Positions 25,193 to 39,459 of a DNA stretch of 64,000 bases are shown here, in pieces. The notes beneath the pieces are model-generated. The model did no database searches. It worked only from the letters and a program-made list of their open reading frames with translations, and was not told the DNA's origin. How positions within the stretch are numbered: position 1 is the first letter of the stretch; each line of letters begins with the position of its first letter. Position numbers and translations under genes: made by a program. This stretch comes from Leucoraja ocellata (Eukaryota), in the NCBI GenBank assembly GCA_036785375.1, contig JAWMAR010000040.1, forward strand, positions 10,602,001-10,666,000. Direction: 5' to 3'.

Positions 25193-28100
25193 ATGGAAAT
25201 GGAGATGCCGCTGCAAATAATACCTGAATATTTCAGGAATTCAGAAACCAGGCCAACAATAAACGTCCAAAAGAAAGCCAAGATTTCAGCGCCAAAGGTT
25301 TTTGAGCCACAAACTGTTCAGCCAGTTCATGGTCTAATGTGGCAAATGTCACCCCCTCAAATCAAGCCACCGGGATCTACATGTTTGGAGACATTGCCCT
25401 TGGACAAGAAGACTTTGGAAGATAAGTCTCTGAAACACATGCCTTTAGAGGTCATCCCACCAAAGGCCAAGTGCTATGAAAGGCAAATGGAAACAAAATC
25501 TTTGGAAGATCACATGTTAAGATTACAAAATCTCTGCCGCATTTGTGGAGTTTCCTTTAATACCAACAGCTATGACATGAAATACCCAGTCAATGGCCCT
25601 GTTGATGATGTCACACAAGAGGTTCTTAGGAAAATGGGATATGGAAATAGTTTTTGGCCTGAGCTCATCCACAACACATTTAATATTGATGTGCGGCTGG
25701 ACTCAGAGGCCAGACATCCCACCCACTTTTGCTACAATTGCTGGCGGATTGTTATTCAGACAATCAACAACACAACTAACGAAGATGCATTTTTTCCCAT
25801 CAGCACAATTGTTCAGTGGAAGCCACACTCCAATTTCTGCAATGTTTGCAACTTTCGAAATGGGACTCGCAAACGGAAAGTTCTCAAACGAAGTCCACCA
25901 GCCGCAAAGAAGCCCAAAACGGCAGTCGATATATCAAGAATTACTAAAAGAACAGATCAAAGAAATTCGACAAGTATTCTATTGGCCAAGAAGATTGTTA
26001 ACTGCAAGAAGATCCACCTAAATACAAAACTCCTTATGCTCGATTATCCCAATAACTTTATTCAGTCAGTGTCGTGCCAGGTCTGTGAACATTTACTGGC
26101 TGACCCAGTGCAATCACCATGCAAGCATCTTTTCTGCAGAACATGCATTCTCAAATGCACTGCAGTGCTCGGAAAATATTGTCCCGTTTGCAGGTTTCCT
26201 TGTGATCCCACAGAGTGTAGAAGCCCAGTAAAATCATTTGTAAGTGTTCTCAATTCATTGGTTTTAAAATGTCCAGTGGCAGATTGTGGAGAGGAGGTGA
26301 GACTTGGCGAATATCCCAACCATGCCAAGTATCACAAAGAGAAAAGAATGCTGCACGCCTACTCACCAACAAACAAGGGTGGCCGGCCGAGGCAACACTT
26401 ACTCTCTCTAACTCGCCGGGCTCAAAAACATCGGCTGCGATATCTCAAACTTCAGGTGAAGGCATTTGCGGACAAGGAGGAAGGTGGTGATGTGAAGTCA
26501 GTGTGCCTTACTCTGTTCGTGCTGGCATTGAGAGCTGGTAACGAGCACAGGCAAGCAGATGAACTGGAGGCTCTGATGCAAGGACATGGATCAGGGCTGA
26601 AGCCAGCAGTCTGTCTTGCCATTAGGGTTAGCACCTTTCTAAGTTGCAGTCAGTATCATAAAATGTATAAAACCGTCAAAGCAACAACCGGGAAGCAAAT
26701 CTTCCAACCGCTGCATGCACTCCGAAGTGCAGAGAAAACCTTGTTGCCGGGTTATTATTCATTTGAATGGGAACCTCCTCTACCACAAGTCTCTACCAAC
26801 ACTGAAGTAGGGATAATAGATGGTACTTGTGGTTGGTCACACTGTGTTGACGAATATCCAATGGAAACAATTTCAAGACGATTTAGGTACGATGTGGCAC
26901 TTGTATCAACACTGAAAGATCTTGAGGATAATATTTTGGAAGGTTTGAAATGCCAAAATATCGATGAGTATTTTGGTGGACCATTTACAGTAGTAATCAA
27001 AGAATCTTGCGATGGAATGGGCGATGTTAGTGAAAAACATGGATGTGGCCCTCCAGTTCCAGAGAAGGCAGTGAGGTATTCCTTCACAATCATGACTATA
27101 AGCGTGGAGAATGAAAATGGTGAGAAAGTGAACGTCTTTGAGGAGCTAAAGCCAAATTCTGAGTTGTGCTGCAAGCCACTTTGCCTGATGCTGGCCGATG
27201 AATCTGACCACGAAACCATGACGGCAATCCTGGGTCCCCTAGTCGCCGAAAGAGAAGCAATGAAAAGCAGTGACTTAATCCTTGAAATTGGAGATTTGCC
27301 CAGATCCTTTAAGTTTATCTTTCGAGGCACGGGTTATGATGAAAAGCTGGTCCGTGAGTTGGAAGGCCTTGAAGCATCAGGCTCGATGTATGTGTGTACG
27401 CTCTGTGATGCCACTCGAAGCAACGCTTCACAAAATCTGACCCTTCATTCCATAACGAGAAGCCATGAAGAGAACTTAGAGCGCTATGAAGTTTGGCGCA
27501 CAAATCCATATCAGGAGACAGCTGAAGAGTTACGTGACAGGGTGAAGGGGGTTGCAGCAAAAGCATTTATTGAAACACAGCCCTCCATAGATGCTCTACA
27601 CTGTGACATTGGCAATGCAACTGAATTCTACAAGCTATTCCAGGATGAGATTGGGGAGTTGCACAAAAATCCTAGTCCATCTAAGGAGGAAAGGAAAAGG
27701 TTGCAGGCAATGCTTGATAAACATTTCAGGGAAAAAATAAACCTGAAACCTATCATGAGGCTGAATGGAAACTTTGCAAGGAAACTAATGACTGAAGAGA
27801 CTGTGGAAGCAGTATGTGAACTGATTCCTTCTGAAGAAAGACGAGAGATTCTCAGGGAATTGATGCACCTTTACATTCTCATGAAACCCGTGTGGCGATC
27901 CACATTCCCACTCACAGAATGCCCGGATCTTGTTTGTCAGTACAGCTTTAATTCCCAGAGATTTGCAGAACTGCTTAATACAAAGTTCAAGTACAGATAT
28001 GATGGGAAGATCACCAACTACCTTCATAAGACTTTGGCTCATGTCCCTGAGATCATTGAAAGAGATGGCTCAATAGGTGCATGGGCAAGTGAAGGCAATG

Positions 28101-28291
28101 AATCAGGCAACAAACTCTTTCGCCGTTTCAGAAAGATGAATGCAAGGCAGTCCAAGAGCTATGAGCTGGAAGATATACTGAAGCACCACTGGTTGTATAC
28201 TTCAAAATATTTACAGAGGTTCATGGAAGTGCACAATGCAGTAATCAGCCAAGATAATTCAATAAATGAAAATGATTCCAATAATTTTTAA
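25193..28291 (+). CDS. RAG1: V(D)J recombination-activating protein 1 (1032 aa, single coding exon)
   Basis: N-terminal Zn motifs ([15 protein letters not shown]), C3HC4 RING, Zn[15 protein letters not shown], catalytic D607 (SCDG), D716 (GYDE) and E970 (GNES); acceptor tag| at 25179, 13 nt before the ATG. Confidence 0.99.
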   Translation: MEMEMPLQIIPEYFRNSETRPTINVQKKAKISAPKVFEPQTVQPVHGLMWQMSPPQIKPPGSTCLETLPLDKKTLEDKSLKHMPLEVIPPKAKCYERQMETKSLEDHMLRLQNLCRICGVSFNTNSYDMKYPVNGPVDDVTQEVLRKMGYGNSFWPELIHNTFNIDVRLDSEARHPTHFCYNCWRIVIQTINNTTNEDAFFPISTIVQWKPHSNFCNVCNFRNGTRKRKVLKRSPPAAKKPKTAVDISRITKRTDQRNSTSILLAKKIVNCKKIHLNTKLLMLDYPNNFIQSVSCQVCEHLLADPVQSPCKHLFCRTCILKCTAVLGKYCPVCRFPCDPTECRSPVKSFVSVLNSLVLKCPVADCGEEVRLGEYPNHAKYHKEKRMLHAYSPTNKGGRPRQHLLSLTRRAQKHRLRYLKLQVKAFADKEEGGDVKSVCLTLFVLALRAGNEHRQADELEALMQGHGSGLKPAVCLAIRVSTFLSCSQYHKMYKTVKATTGKQIFQPLHALRSAEKTLLPGYYSFEWEPPLPQVSTNTEVGIIDGTCGWSHCVDEYPMETISRRFRYDVALVSTLKDLEDNILEGLKCQNIDEYFGGPFTVVIKESCDGMGDVSEKHGCGPPVPEKAVRYSFTIMTISVENENGEKVNVFEELKPNSELCCKPLCLMLADESDHETMTAILGPLVAEREAMKSSDLILEIGDLPRSFKFIFRGTGYDEKLVRELEGLEASGSMYVCTLCDATRSNASQNLTLHSITRSHEENLERYEVWRTNPYQETAEELRDRVKGVAAKAFIETQPSIDALHCDIGNATEFYKLFQDEIGELHKNPSPSKEERKRLQAMLDKHFREKINLKPIMRLNGNFARKLMTEETVEAVCELIPSEERREILRELMHLYILMKPVWRSTFPLTECPDLVCQYSFNSQRFAELLNTKFKYRYDGKITNYLHKTLAHVPEIIERDGSIGAWASEGNESGNKLFRRFRKMNARQSKSYELEDILKHHWLYTSKYLQRFMEVHNAVISQDNSINENDSNNF

Positions 28292-30706
28292 ATTGAGTTC
28301 TTGGAGCTGAAATCGGTTCTAAATAATTTTAACCACAGGAGGCTGAACAGCCGATGGTCTGGAGGTTTGCCGTGGCCAAGCCTGGGGAGCAGAGATGGTG
28401 TTGATGAAGAAATCCCAGTAGTGTTATTAAAATAATATGGTCATTGTATGATGGACAAGGCCAGTGATAACTGCATGTCTCAACTGCAGCCAAAGTGGAA
28501 AGTAATCACAAATTAGTGAGCATTTTAGTATTGTTTGGATCTTGTTAGGCAATCACATAAAGCAGGAACATTGGTTAGATTCTCTGTTCTGATATGAAAG
28601 AAAACTGGGCAAGATGAGGACTTCAAATGAAGGAGTACTTTTAATTTTCGCAATGCCAGATGAAAACCTTTTAAAATAAACAATGGCATGGTTATTGATG
28701 GGAAGAAAGTGACGAAGTTCTGCAGTGCCAGTCGATTGTGATATTTTGCTTTTCTGAATTTTTATCTAATTCCTTGATTTCTCTGACAAAAAATGTATTT
28801 GCTTTATTTTAAACGTTACGATTGTTTTTTTAAACAATTAAAATGTAAGATGAAATGCAGCTTGTGATCCCTGCAGCCAAGGCTTTGGCTCAAATTGATG
28901 CCTCCTATTGGGAGAGGTGATGGTGAAAGCTCGAGCGAGTACTGATAAGGACCTCATAATGATTCCAGCTCAGCTGTGAGGAATGGCGTCTACCAACACA
29001 CAGGTCTCTTGCATGGACATGTGCTGTTTCCATGGCATTGAATCTGAGTCCAAAATAGGCAGCAACAAGTTTGTATTCCTTAGTTATTTTATATGCAGTA
29101 ATTTTGTGGTCAATTTCTAATGCTACATGGAAATATATTGCTTTGATTTTTGAGTAACCTCATCGGAGAGTCACTGACATTTATTATAGACATAGAAATT
29201 AGAATTTTGTCATTTCATATTTTATGTAGCTGTTGCATTGTGGCATTACTTTTGCCAATACACACATGCACTGTTTTTTTTTAAAGGATATAATCAGTAC
29301 CTGTCACCACATGATTTTTGGCCATTGATAGCTGAGCTGTACATTCATGGTTTTCTACAGACAAAATAAATTGCTGTCAACATATACCACTGGTTTCTTG
29401 GGTGATTTAGAAAGCTTCAAAACAAATTGGGCAGGTGTAATTTATTTCCCAAATCAAAATACAAAAAAAAATCCCAGGTTGCAATGTCACCAAAATAAGA
29501 TTAGGCTGCACGGACTTGATTTTTATTCAGAATGCCGTTAAATTGAGCCACAAATGCACAATTTACATGGTGGAGATTAATTTTTTCAATGCCAGTTCAT
29601 TTTTCTTAGTTCTGTCAGAAATGAAATATAAGATCCCAAAGAGTAGACACCAGTGCACTCATTTGTTTTAATCTGGTGCTACAAAGTAAAAACAGGAGCT
29701 GGCTAAATGCAACTATTTCAGTCTGTATGTGTGGTGTTTGTTTACCATCTGTACTATATTGGCAACAAAAAGATGGACGAATACAATTTGAAGTAATGTT
29801 ATTGCTCTGGCTATTGATGGATAGAAAAATATGTTTAAGGAAGAACCAAGTTTCCTTGATTGCATGAGAGCAAGGATTTAAATTGTCTTTAACTGAAATA
29901 TGGTAATTTGGCGATGGGCAGAATACTTGGGGGGTTATCTGATAGTTTGTATTTTTAAGCTGAATTTAATATGTTATTTTGTTAGTGATGGATAATCATG
30001 TATGGATAATATTTTTATTCAGACATATGTAGAATTTAATGAATTGTGTTGAAGTATTAATTTCTGATATTACAGAACTCACAACAGTAGATAGACACAA
30101 AATGCTGGAGTAACTCAGCAGGACAGGTGAGAGAAGGAATGGGTGATGTTTTGGGTCAAGACCCTTCTTCAGACTGAGCCACCCATTCCTTCTCTCCAGA
30201 GATGCTGCCTGCCCGTTGTGTTACTCCAACATTTTGTATCTATCTTCGGTTTGAACCAGCATCTGCAGTTCCTTCCTACACAAGCTCATAACAGTCACGG
30301 GATTTGGATGCAATTACATTGCAATCCACAGTTTTACACAGTTGACTCTGTACAAAGCAAACTTTGAAGTTAAACAAATTCAATGGTTTCAATGAGAATA
30401 ATTAAAGACAATATTCTCCATGAGGTTTATGTTTAATCACAACACCTATTTATTTAAAGGTCATATCAAGATGTTAAGCAGCTAATAAAATACAGAAAAT
30501 TCTGGACGTAATCAGCTCTTCAAACAGAATATATGGAGAGATAAATAGAGATAAAGCCTGTAGCCAAAAGCACGATTATAATCCTGTTGAATTTTGCAGT
30601 AGGGGAGGATGTTGTGGTTAAACAATCATATGCCATAGAATACATTGTGAGGACTCTGTGTATTGAAAATGTATTTTCTTAAATTTGTTTCTGCTTTTTA
30701 ACAAGA

Positions 30707-30712
30707 AATAAA
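30707..30712 (+). terminator. Candidate distal RAG1 polyadenylation signal
   Basis: AATAAA followed by a GU/U-rich tract; other AATAAA at 28675, about 29365 and 30484. Confidence 0.35.
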
Positions 30713-31262
30713 GATCACAAGATTTCTGAACATTGGTTGTGAATTTATTATTTGTAATACTCGCCATTATTTTATTACTGAAATTCAAATGATGTTTTGT
30801 GATATAGAAATTTGATTTTTAAAACCAGTGGGAGGTCTTTACATCAGTCTACTGGAACTGACTGAGGGCTTACATCTCATGTCCTGCATAGAGCCTCATT
30901 TAGCTGACACCGATGAGAGATAATTGCCGTTCAACCACCTTCCTGCTGCTTTCTGGCTCTGACGACAAGAAATTGGTTCGATCCAACACCAGAGTTTGGG
31001 AAAGGAGACAACTATACGGCGGCGGGTGCAAGATTGTTTGACACTGACTACAAGTGGGAGGAACATGAAGGATGTATGTTCTCCTTCTTTGTTCCTTTGA
31101 GTCAAAATTCTGCAGTTAGGATTGGGAGTGTGCTAGTTAAATTACTGGTCCTGCAATTCAGCCAATTGCATTAAAAAAAGATTGACCTCAATAGTGAAAG
31201 CCTTGAAACTATTAGATTAGAAAGTTGGAAAAACTCATATGTTTCACTCATACCTGGTCTAC

Positions 31263-34200
31263 ATAGAAACATAGAAAATAGGTGTAGGAGGAGGCCATTC
31301 GGCCCTTCGAGCCAGCACCGCCATTCATTGTGATCATGGCTGATCTTCTCCAATCAATAACCCGTGCCTGCCATCTCTCCATATCCCTTGATTCCACTAG
31401 TCCTTCCTCAAATTCGGAGAACAAAACTGGACACAATATTCCAAATGTGGTCTCACCAGAGTCCTATACAACTGCAGAAGAACCTCTTTACTCCTATACT
31501 GAAATCCTCTTGTTATGAAGGCCAACATTCCATTAGCTTTCTTCACTGCCTGCTGTACCTGCACGCCAACTTTCAGTGACTGGTGTACAAGGCCACCCAG
31601 GTCTCGCTGCACCTCCCCCTTGCCTAACCTAACCCCATTGAGATAACAATCTGCCCCCTTATTTTTGCCGCCAAAGTGGATAACCTCACATTTATCTATA
31701 TTATACTGCATCTGCCACGTATCTGCCCACTCACTCAACCTGTCCTGGTCACCCTGCAACCTCCGAACATCCTCTTCACAGTTCACACTGCCACCCAGCT
31801 TTGTGTCATCCGCAAACATGCTAGTGTTGCTGCTAATTCCTTCTTCCAAATCATTAATATATATGGTAAACTATATGCGGCCCCAACACCAAGCCTTGCG
31901 GCATTCCACTTGCCACTGCCTGTCATTCTGAAAAGGACCCATTCACTCCTATTCTTAGCTTCCTGTTTGCCAACAAATTTTCTCTCCATGTCCCTACCTC
32001 CAATACCATGTGCTCTAATTTTAGTCACCAGTCTCCTGTGCGGTGCCTTATCAAAGGCTTTCTGAAAGTCTAGATACACTACATCCACTGGCACCCATTT
32101 TGCTTGTCACATCCTCAAAAAATTCCAGAAGATTAGTAAAGCATGATTTCCCTTTCATAAATCCATGTTGACTTGGACTAATCCTTTTAATGCTATCCAA
32201 ATGCCTCATTATTAACTCTTTAATAATTGACTCCAGCATCTTTCCCACCACCGAAGTCAGGCTAGCTGGTCTGTAATTCCCCGTTTTCTCTCTTGCTCCT
32301 TTCTTGAAAAGTGGGATAACATTAGCTATCCTCCAATCCACAGAAACTGATCCTGAATTGATTGAACATTGGAAAATAATCACCAATGCGTCCACTATTT
32401 CGAGAGCCACCTCCCTGAGAACCCAGGGGATTTATCATCCTTCAGTCCCATTAGCCTACCCAATACTATTTCTCACATCATGAAAATTTATTTCAGTTCT
32501 TCTACCCCCTTAAATCCTCTGTCCTCCAGTACATCTGGGAGATTGTTTGTGTCTTCCTTAGTGAAGACAGATCCGAAGTATCTGTTCATCTTCTGCCATT
32601 TCCTTGTTGCCCATAATAATTTCACCCGTGTCTGCCCTCAAGGGACCCACATTTGACTTTGTTACTTTTTTTCCCTTAACATATCTAAAGAAACTTTTAC
32701 TGTCCTTTATATGGCCAGCTTCCCTTCGTACTTCATCTTTTCAGCCCGTATTGCCAATTTAGTTTCCTTCTGTTGTCCTATGAAAGTTTCCCAATCCTCT
32801 GGCTTCTGGCTACTCTTTGCTGTGTTATACATCTTTTCTTTTAGTTTTATTCTATCCCTAACTTCTCTTGTCAGCCACGTTTGCCTCCTACTCCCCTTAG
32901 AATCTTTCTTCCTTTTTGGAATGAAATGATCCTGCCTCGTCCGGTTTATACCCAGAAATTACTGCCATTGCTGTTCTACCGTCATTCCAGCTAGGATCCC
33001 TTTCCAGTCTACCTTGGCCAGCTCCTCTCTCATGCCTTCATAGTCCCCTTTGTTCAACTGCATCACTGACATTTCCTCCAGCGGTTCAACATAGAAAATA
33101 GGTGCAGGAGTAGGCCATTCGGCCCCTCGAGCCTGCACCGCCATTCGATATGATCATGGCTGATCATCCAACTCGGTATCCCGTACCTGCCTTCCCTCCA
33201 TACCCCCTGATCCCTTTAGCCACAAGGGCCACATCCAACTCCTTCTTAAATATAGCCAATGAACTGGCCTCAACTACCTTCTGTGGCAGAGAATCCCAGA
33301 GATTCACCACTCTCAGTGTGAAAAATGTTTTCCTCATCTCGGTCCTAAAATATTTCTCCCTTATCCTTAAACTGTGACCCCTTGTTCTGGACTTCCCCAA
33401 CATCGGAAACAATCTTCCTGCATCTAGCCTGTCCAACCTCTTAAGATTTTTGTAAGTTTCTATAAGATCCCCCCTCAATCTTCTAAATTCTAGCGAGTAC
33501 AAACCAAGTCTATCCAGTCTTTCTTCATATGAAAGTCATGACATCCCAGGAATCAGTCTGGTGAACCTTCTCTGTACTCCCTCTATGGCAAGAATGTCCT
33601 TCCTCAGATTAGGAGACCAAAACTGTACGCAATACTCCAGGTGTGGTCTCACCAAGACCCTGTACAACAGCAGTAGAACCTCCCTGGTCTTATACTCAAA
33701 TCCTTTTGCTATGAATGCTAACATATCATTCGCCTTCTTCACTGCCTGTTGCACCTGCATGCCTACTTTTAATGACTGGTGTACCATGACACCCAGGTCT
33801 CGTTGCATCTCCCCCTTTCCTAATCGGCCAACTCGGTTCCTTTACCTTGAGTTCTCTTATCATATCTGGTTCATTGGACAACACTAAATCCAGAATTGCC
33901 TTTTCTCTGGTCGGCTCCATTACAAGCTGCTCTAAGAATCCATCTCGGAGGCACTCTACAAACTCTCTTTCTTGGGGTCCTGAACGAACCTTTCTTGGGG
34001 TCCTGAACCCACACAGTGGCATTACCTTTGTTACATGCTAGTTTTATTTGGGGGTCTGTAGATAACACCAAATAGTGTCTTCTTGCCTTTACAATTCCTC
34101 AACTCAATCCACAGTGACTCTATCTCGTCAGTCTCTATGTCTTCCCTCGCAAGGGACTGAATTCCATCCCTCACCAGCAGAGCTACCCCCCCCCCCCCCC

Positions 34201-34560
34201 TCCTCTGCCCACCTGCCCTGTCCTTTCTATAGGATGTATAATCCTGAATATTAAGTTCCCAGGCCCGATCCTCCTGCACCCACGTCTCAGTAATCCCCAC
34301 AATGTCAACCTCTAACTGAGCCTCAAGCTCATTCAGCTTACTTCTTATACTTCGCGCATTCATATACAATACTTTTAATTCCTTACGCATCTCACCTTTC
34401 TCAACGATCCCTATTACACTTGGTCATACTCTCCTATCCCTTTGTGAGCTTCCTTTCCCATCAATTCTGGGGTCATTAACAATCCATTTACTCTCTTTCC
34501 CTTTAACTCCGTCCTTGACTATCCCATTTGACTCCCCTCCTACATTTGACTCCAGACTCA
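31263..34560 (-). mobile_element. Long decayed CR1 (APE + RT) with deletions
   Basis: LKVLYMNARSI..GITETW (APE), NYRPASLTSVVGK, YLDFQKAFDK, FADDTK; (catagaaa)n tail. Confidence 0.92.
33088..33830 (-). mobile_element. Younger CR1 3' segment nested in the long CR1
   Basis: Separate 3' tail plus ORF2 C-terminus; near-identical to the copies at 53440-53825 and 57730-58115. Confidence 0.85.
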
Positions 34561-35514
34561 TGGTAATGTTAGACACAAAATTCTGGAGTAACTCAGGCAG
34601 CATTTCTGGATAGAAGGAATGGGCGATGTTTCGGGTCGAGACTCTTCTTCTGATCCCATCAGACCCTCCTCCTTCTTCTTCTCTTGTCAGATGCTGGGCG
34701 ATCTGGCAATGTAATTCCATTATGTTTTAATGATGGGTAATTAGATTCTCTCTTGCTGCAGATGGTCAGTGCCTGGTCCTTATGTGGCATGAATGTTACT
34801 TGCCACTTACCAACTTTTGCTTAAATGTTATCTAGGTCTTGCTGCATGCAGTTGTGGATTACCAACATGCGTTGTTGTAACCAGTGAAATCATCAGGAAC
34901 ATCCCCATTTCTGACCTTATACTGAAAACAAAGTCACTGATGAAACTTACAAAGATGTTTGAATGTAGGAACTACCACAGTGATATTCTGGGTTAAGATA
35001 GCCTACAATCACAACTATTTTTCTTTATTAAGGTATGTCTCCAACCACTTGAGTGTTTTATCCCTAGTGACCATTGACTTTAGTTTTACCAAGCCTTCTT
35101 GCAAAGGCTTCTTACCAAGCCTTTTACACTGTAAAACTTTACCTTGACAGCAAGGGAAGTCACTCTTATCTCACCTCTGAAATTTAGCTATTTAATCCAT
35201 GTTTGGACCAAGGTTGTAATGAGGTCTGAAGCCAAGTGATCTTGGAAGAACCCAAACTGGGCATCTTCTAATATGTTGTTCATGAATAAGCGGAATTTGA
35301 GAATGCTCTTGATGATAGCTTCCATCACCTCACTGATGATTGAGCATAGACTATTTGGGTGGTAATTAGCTGGGTTGGAATTTTCCTGCTTCTGTGAATG
35401 AAAATATATCTTGGCAATTGTTACATTATTGAGTAGATGTCAGTGTCACAACTGTACTAAAATAGGCCGGGTGATGGAGAGTGGGGTGGGGAGGAGGGGA
35501 GGGGGGGAGGAGGA

Positions 35515-36280
35515 GGTGCTTGGGAAGCAGAAAGGGGATAAGTCACCTGAACCGGATGGACTTCACCACAGTTCTGAAAGTGGTGGCTTTAGAGATTGTG
35601 GAGGCATTTGTTGTGATCTTTCAAGAATCATGAGTCAGGAGTGGTTCCAGATGATTAGAAAGTTGCAACTATTACTCTGCTGTTCAAGAATGAAGTGAAG
35701 CAGAAGACTGGAAACTATAGGCCGGTGAGCCTGAATTCAGTGGTTGGTAAGCTTTTAGAGTCCATTATAAAGGATGAGGTTTAGTTTAGTTTTGTTTAGA
35801 GATACAGCGCGGAAACAGGCCCTTTGGCCCACCAGGTCCGTGCCGACCAGCGATCCCCGCACAGAAACACTACCCTACAAACAATAGGGATCAGGCAGCA
35901 ACTTTACCGCTGCGCCACTGTGACTGCCCTGAGTACGTAGAAGCTCATAATAACATAGGACAAAGTCAGCATGGTTTTGTGAAGGGGATGAATTTGTTGG
36001 AATTTTTTGAGGAAGTAAATAGCAGGATAGACAAAGGAGTCAGTGGGTGTTATTTGCTTGGATTTTCAGAAGTCCTTTGATAAGGTGCTGCATGTGAGCT
36101 TGCTAAAGAAGATGAGAGCCCATGGTATCAGAGGGAAGATGATGGGTAACAGGTTGGCTGGATGGCAGAAGGCAAAGAATGGCAATAAAGGGAGCTTTTT
36201 CTGCTTGGCTGCCAGTACCTAGTGTTCCGCAGGAGTTGGTGCTAGGGCCACTTCTATTCAGGTCCCAAATCAATGATTTG
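35515..36280 (+). mobile_element. CR1 RT fragment with SINE insertion
   Basis: KSPEPDGLH, NYRPVSL and LDFQKSFDKV remnants. Confidence 0.75.
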
Positions 36281-37489
36281 GCAAATTTGTTGAATATCAC
36301 TCATCTTAAGATATGGTTTGAATTTTTTTATCAGTGTTCCAACATTATCTCTTTATTGATTCTAACTTTTGGGGATGCTGCTGTGTGGTGTGTACAGTAA
36401 TACCTTGACTTTCGAATCTTTATTTAGTATCCTTCCGAGAATAGTTTGTAGTTCAGCCAAATTACTGAATTTGTTATGACCTTGATATTACAACAGAAAA
36501 TGCTGGAAACACTTAATAACCAGGAGACATCCATGGAAAGAGAAGCAGAGCTGATGTTTCAGGTTGGCGATACTTTATCACAGCAGGGCTTTCATCTGTT
36601 TGAAAGAGTTTGTTATTTTTCAACTTGTCAACCTCTGGGTTGGGTTAACAATAACATTGAGATTGTAATAAATAACATTCTGTAGAATGAAGAGAAGGAC
36701 ATTCACATCAAAGGCTGTGAAGTCTTTAATGTTCTTCCAGGATTAGATGACTGCACTGTCCTTGTGCTCTCCTCTGTTCTTCGCTCCATTGGGGATTGGT
36801 TGTTAGGTCAAGGATGGTCTAGACATGCCATGGCATCAGCTAGTGACCTTCAATGCTTTTCCATGAACCTTCTGTTCACTGGCTTGCAAGATTTCTATTG
36901 GACCTCTGGACCCAAGCCTGTCCAACATAATGTATATATGCGGAAATGTCTTCTCACTAAATATCGTGTTGTTTGAAGTTTGGTCTTTACAATATGCTCT
37001 AACCTCTGGCCATTGACCTTATCTCTCTCCTGGAATTTCTGCCCACATGCCTGGTTCCTAATCTCAGTTAGCCTACCATTGAAACCCTTATTCATACGTC
37101 TCTCATGACCTGATCATTCCAATCCATTTGGCCAGCTTAGCATTTTTGATATGTTGTAAATTTGAAAACTTGCTGCTTTTGTCCTGAAATGTACCAAATC
37201 ATCTTAATGCATCAGTTCTGTGTTCATTGAATGTCTCGATTAAAAAAAAATCATCCTTGCATTCAAACCTTCCAGACCTACAATGCTTTAAGATATCTGG
37301 TTCCTACAATTCCCGGCTCTTGCACATCCCAAATATGAATCTCATCCTAATTTGCAGTAATGCCTCTGCATCAAAATCTCTTGGCTCTGGAATTCCATCC
37401 CTAAACATCACCACCTCTTCTTGTTGTCTACTTATCACCTTCCAAAATTCTACAGATTTTGAAATTGCTCAAACAAATAGGAATGCAAC

Positions 37490-38625
37490 AAATGTAACAC
37501 AACGGCATTGTGGAAAAATGTGAAGTTATTCCCTTTGGTAGGAAAAAACATAAAGGCACTATATATATAGAGTACTATATAAGTGTTGATGCGCAAAGGA
37601 ATCTGGGTGATCTTGTACACCTGCCGATGAAAGCAAATAAGCAGGTGTAGCAAGCAGTTAAGACAAATGGTGAGTTGGCTTTGAGGTTTTGTGTACAGGA
37701 ACAAGGAGTCTAGCTACTATTATGTAGAACCTTGCTGAGCACACACCTGGAGTACTGCATACAATTCTGGTTTTTCGGTTTAGTTTTAGAGAAACCGAGC
37801 AGAAACAGGCCCTTCGGCCCATCGAGTCCACTCCGCACTATTAACACGATGCTACACACATTAGGGACAATTTACATTTATACAAAGCCAATTTACCTAC
37901 ATACCTGTACGTCTTTGGAGTGCACTCCACTCTTCAGAAACAATATTCTCACCATAAAGGCAGTGTAACAGAGGTTCACTAAACCTATTCCCGTGATATC
38001 AAGAAGGATTGGTCTAATTAGGCTTACATTTGCTGGCATTCAGTAGAATGAGCGAAGATCTTATAGAAATTAATTGGGCTTGACAGATGGGATTCATTGT
38101 GGCTGTTTCCAATGGGTCAGTGGGAGACCAGGGGTCACAGACTCAAAATATGAGGTAAATGATTCAGGAATGCGATGAGAAAGTTCTTCACTCAGGTGGT
38201 ATTTTCATCCACAGAAGGCATTGATATATCATGATATACTAAATATATGTAAGAATATAGATTTATAGACACAAGACTGATCAAGATACAGGAATATAGT
38301 ACTAAAATACAGAGTTGGGTACACAGGATTAATGTAGATGGGCAAAAAGGTGAGTGTGGATGTGGTGGGTTGAAAGGCCCATTTCTGTGCTGTACATCTC
38401 CATGATGGTGTCATCTTTATGATGGTTAATTTTCAAGGGAGAGTTATATTTAGCTCTTATGGCGAAAGGAATCAAGAGATATGTGGAAAAAGCAGGAACG
38501 GGGTACTGATTTTAGATGATCAGCCATGATCATATTGAATGGAGTACTGTAGTAATGTAGTTGGCTCAAAGGGCCGAATGGCCTACTCCTGCACCTATAT
38601 TTCTATATTTCTGTTTCTATGTTTC
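37490..38625 (+). mobile_element. Decayed CR1 3' fragments with SINE
   Basis: HLEYCIQFW and CR1 3' UTR/(tttctatg)n tail. Confidence 0.7.
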
Positions 38626-38693
38626 TAATCACTTGTGCTTGTACTGATTGCTACAGAAGGCTGGATGAACCAAATATCCAACTCCTCCTCTTA

Positions 38694-39459
38694 AGGGGCT
38701 GTCCCACTGCGGCGACCTAATCTGCGAGTTTAGAAGAGTTTGCCCTCGAATCAAACTCGCAACATGGCCGATATGTGGTCCTAGGAGGTCCTCTGAGGTA
38801 ATTGGAACTCTCCTTCATGTTCGAGGAAAGTTCCTGCAAACTTACAGTCTCCGCTAGGTCGCGGAAAATATTTCAGCATGTTGAAATTTAATCGGCATGG
38901 TTCTTTTTAACTAGTAGTGCAGTGGAGTGGGGTTGCTATTTAATTACAGGCAGTCAAGGGCAGCCATAGGCAATCTCCTTCGCTGACCGGGCATTTTGAT
39001 TGGCTCATTGGAGTTTTCAGGACCAAAGAAAACCGACCGGTAGGTTAAATGCCCTCTAAGCTTTATTATACTTCTTAAAAGTGTCTCCACTCCTTCTCTC
39101 CCCCTTCTCTCCCCCTTCTCTCCCCTTCTCTCGCCTTCTCTCGCCTTCTCTTGCCTTCTCTCCCCCTCTCTCCCCCTCTCTCCCCTTCCCTCCCCTTCTC
39201 TCCCCCCCCCCCCGCACTCTCTAAAGGACTGTACACTGTGCAGCCGTCTTTTATAATCCTCTTCTTCGCAGGTGTGAATTTCAGACAGCGCTCTCCCGCT
39301 TTCCCTGGCCCCCGACTTTGCGATGTGTTTGTGTTTGTGTGTGTGTGTGTGCGGTCGGTCGATCCAGCTCGCGGTTTTCCAGGCGAGTGCCCTCGAGCTT
39401 GAAGGTCGAAGACACTCTTCTTAACTCGTGGATTAGGTCGCCACAGTGGGGCAGCCCCT
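38694..39459. mobile_element. PIF/Harbinger-like MITE with internal (CT)-rich tract
   Basis: TTA|AGGGGCTGTCCCACTGCGGCGACCTAATC...GATTAGGTCGCCACAGTGGGGCAGCCCCT|TTA. Confidence 0.85.

Noticed and set aside
25593-28042. Overlapping alternative-frame and antisense ORFs within RAG1 (142 aa, 191 aa, etc.)
   Set aside because: Shadows of the RAG1 coding sequence with no independent motifs.
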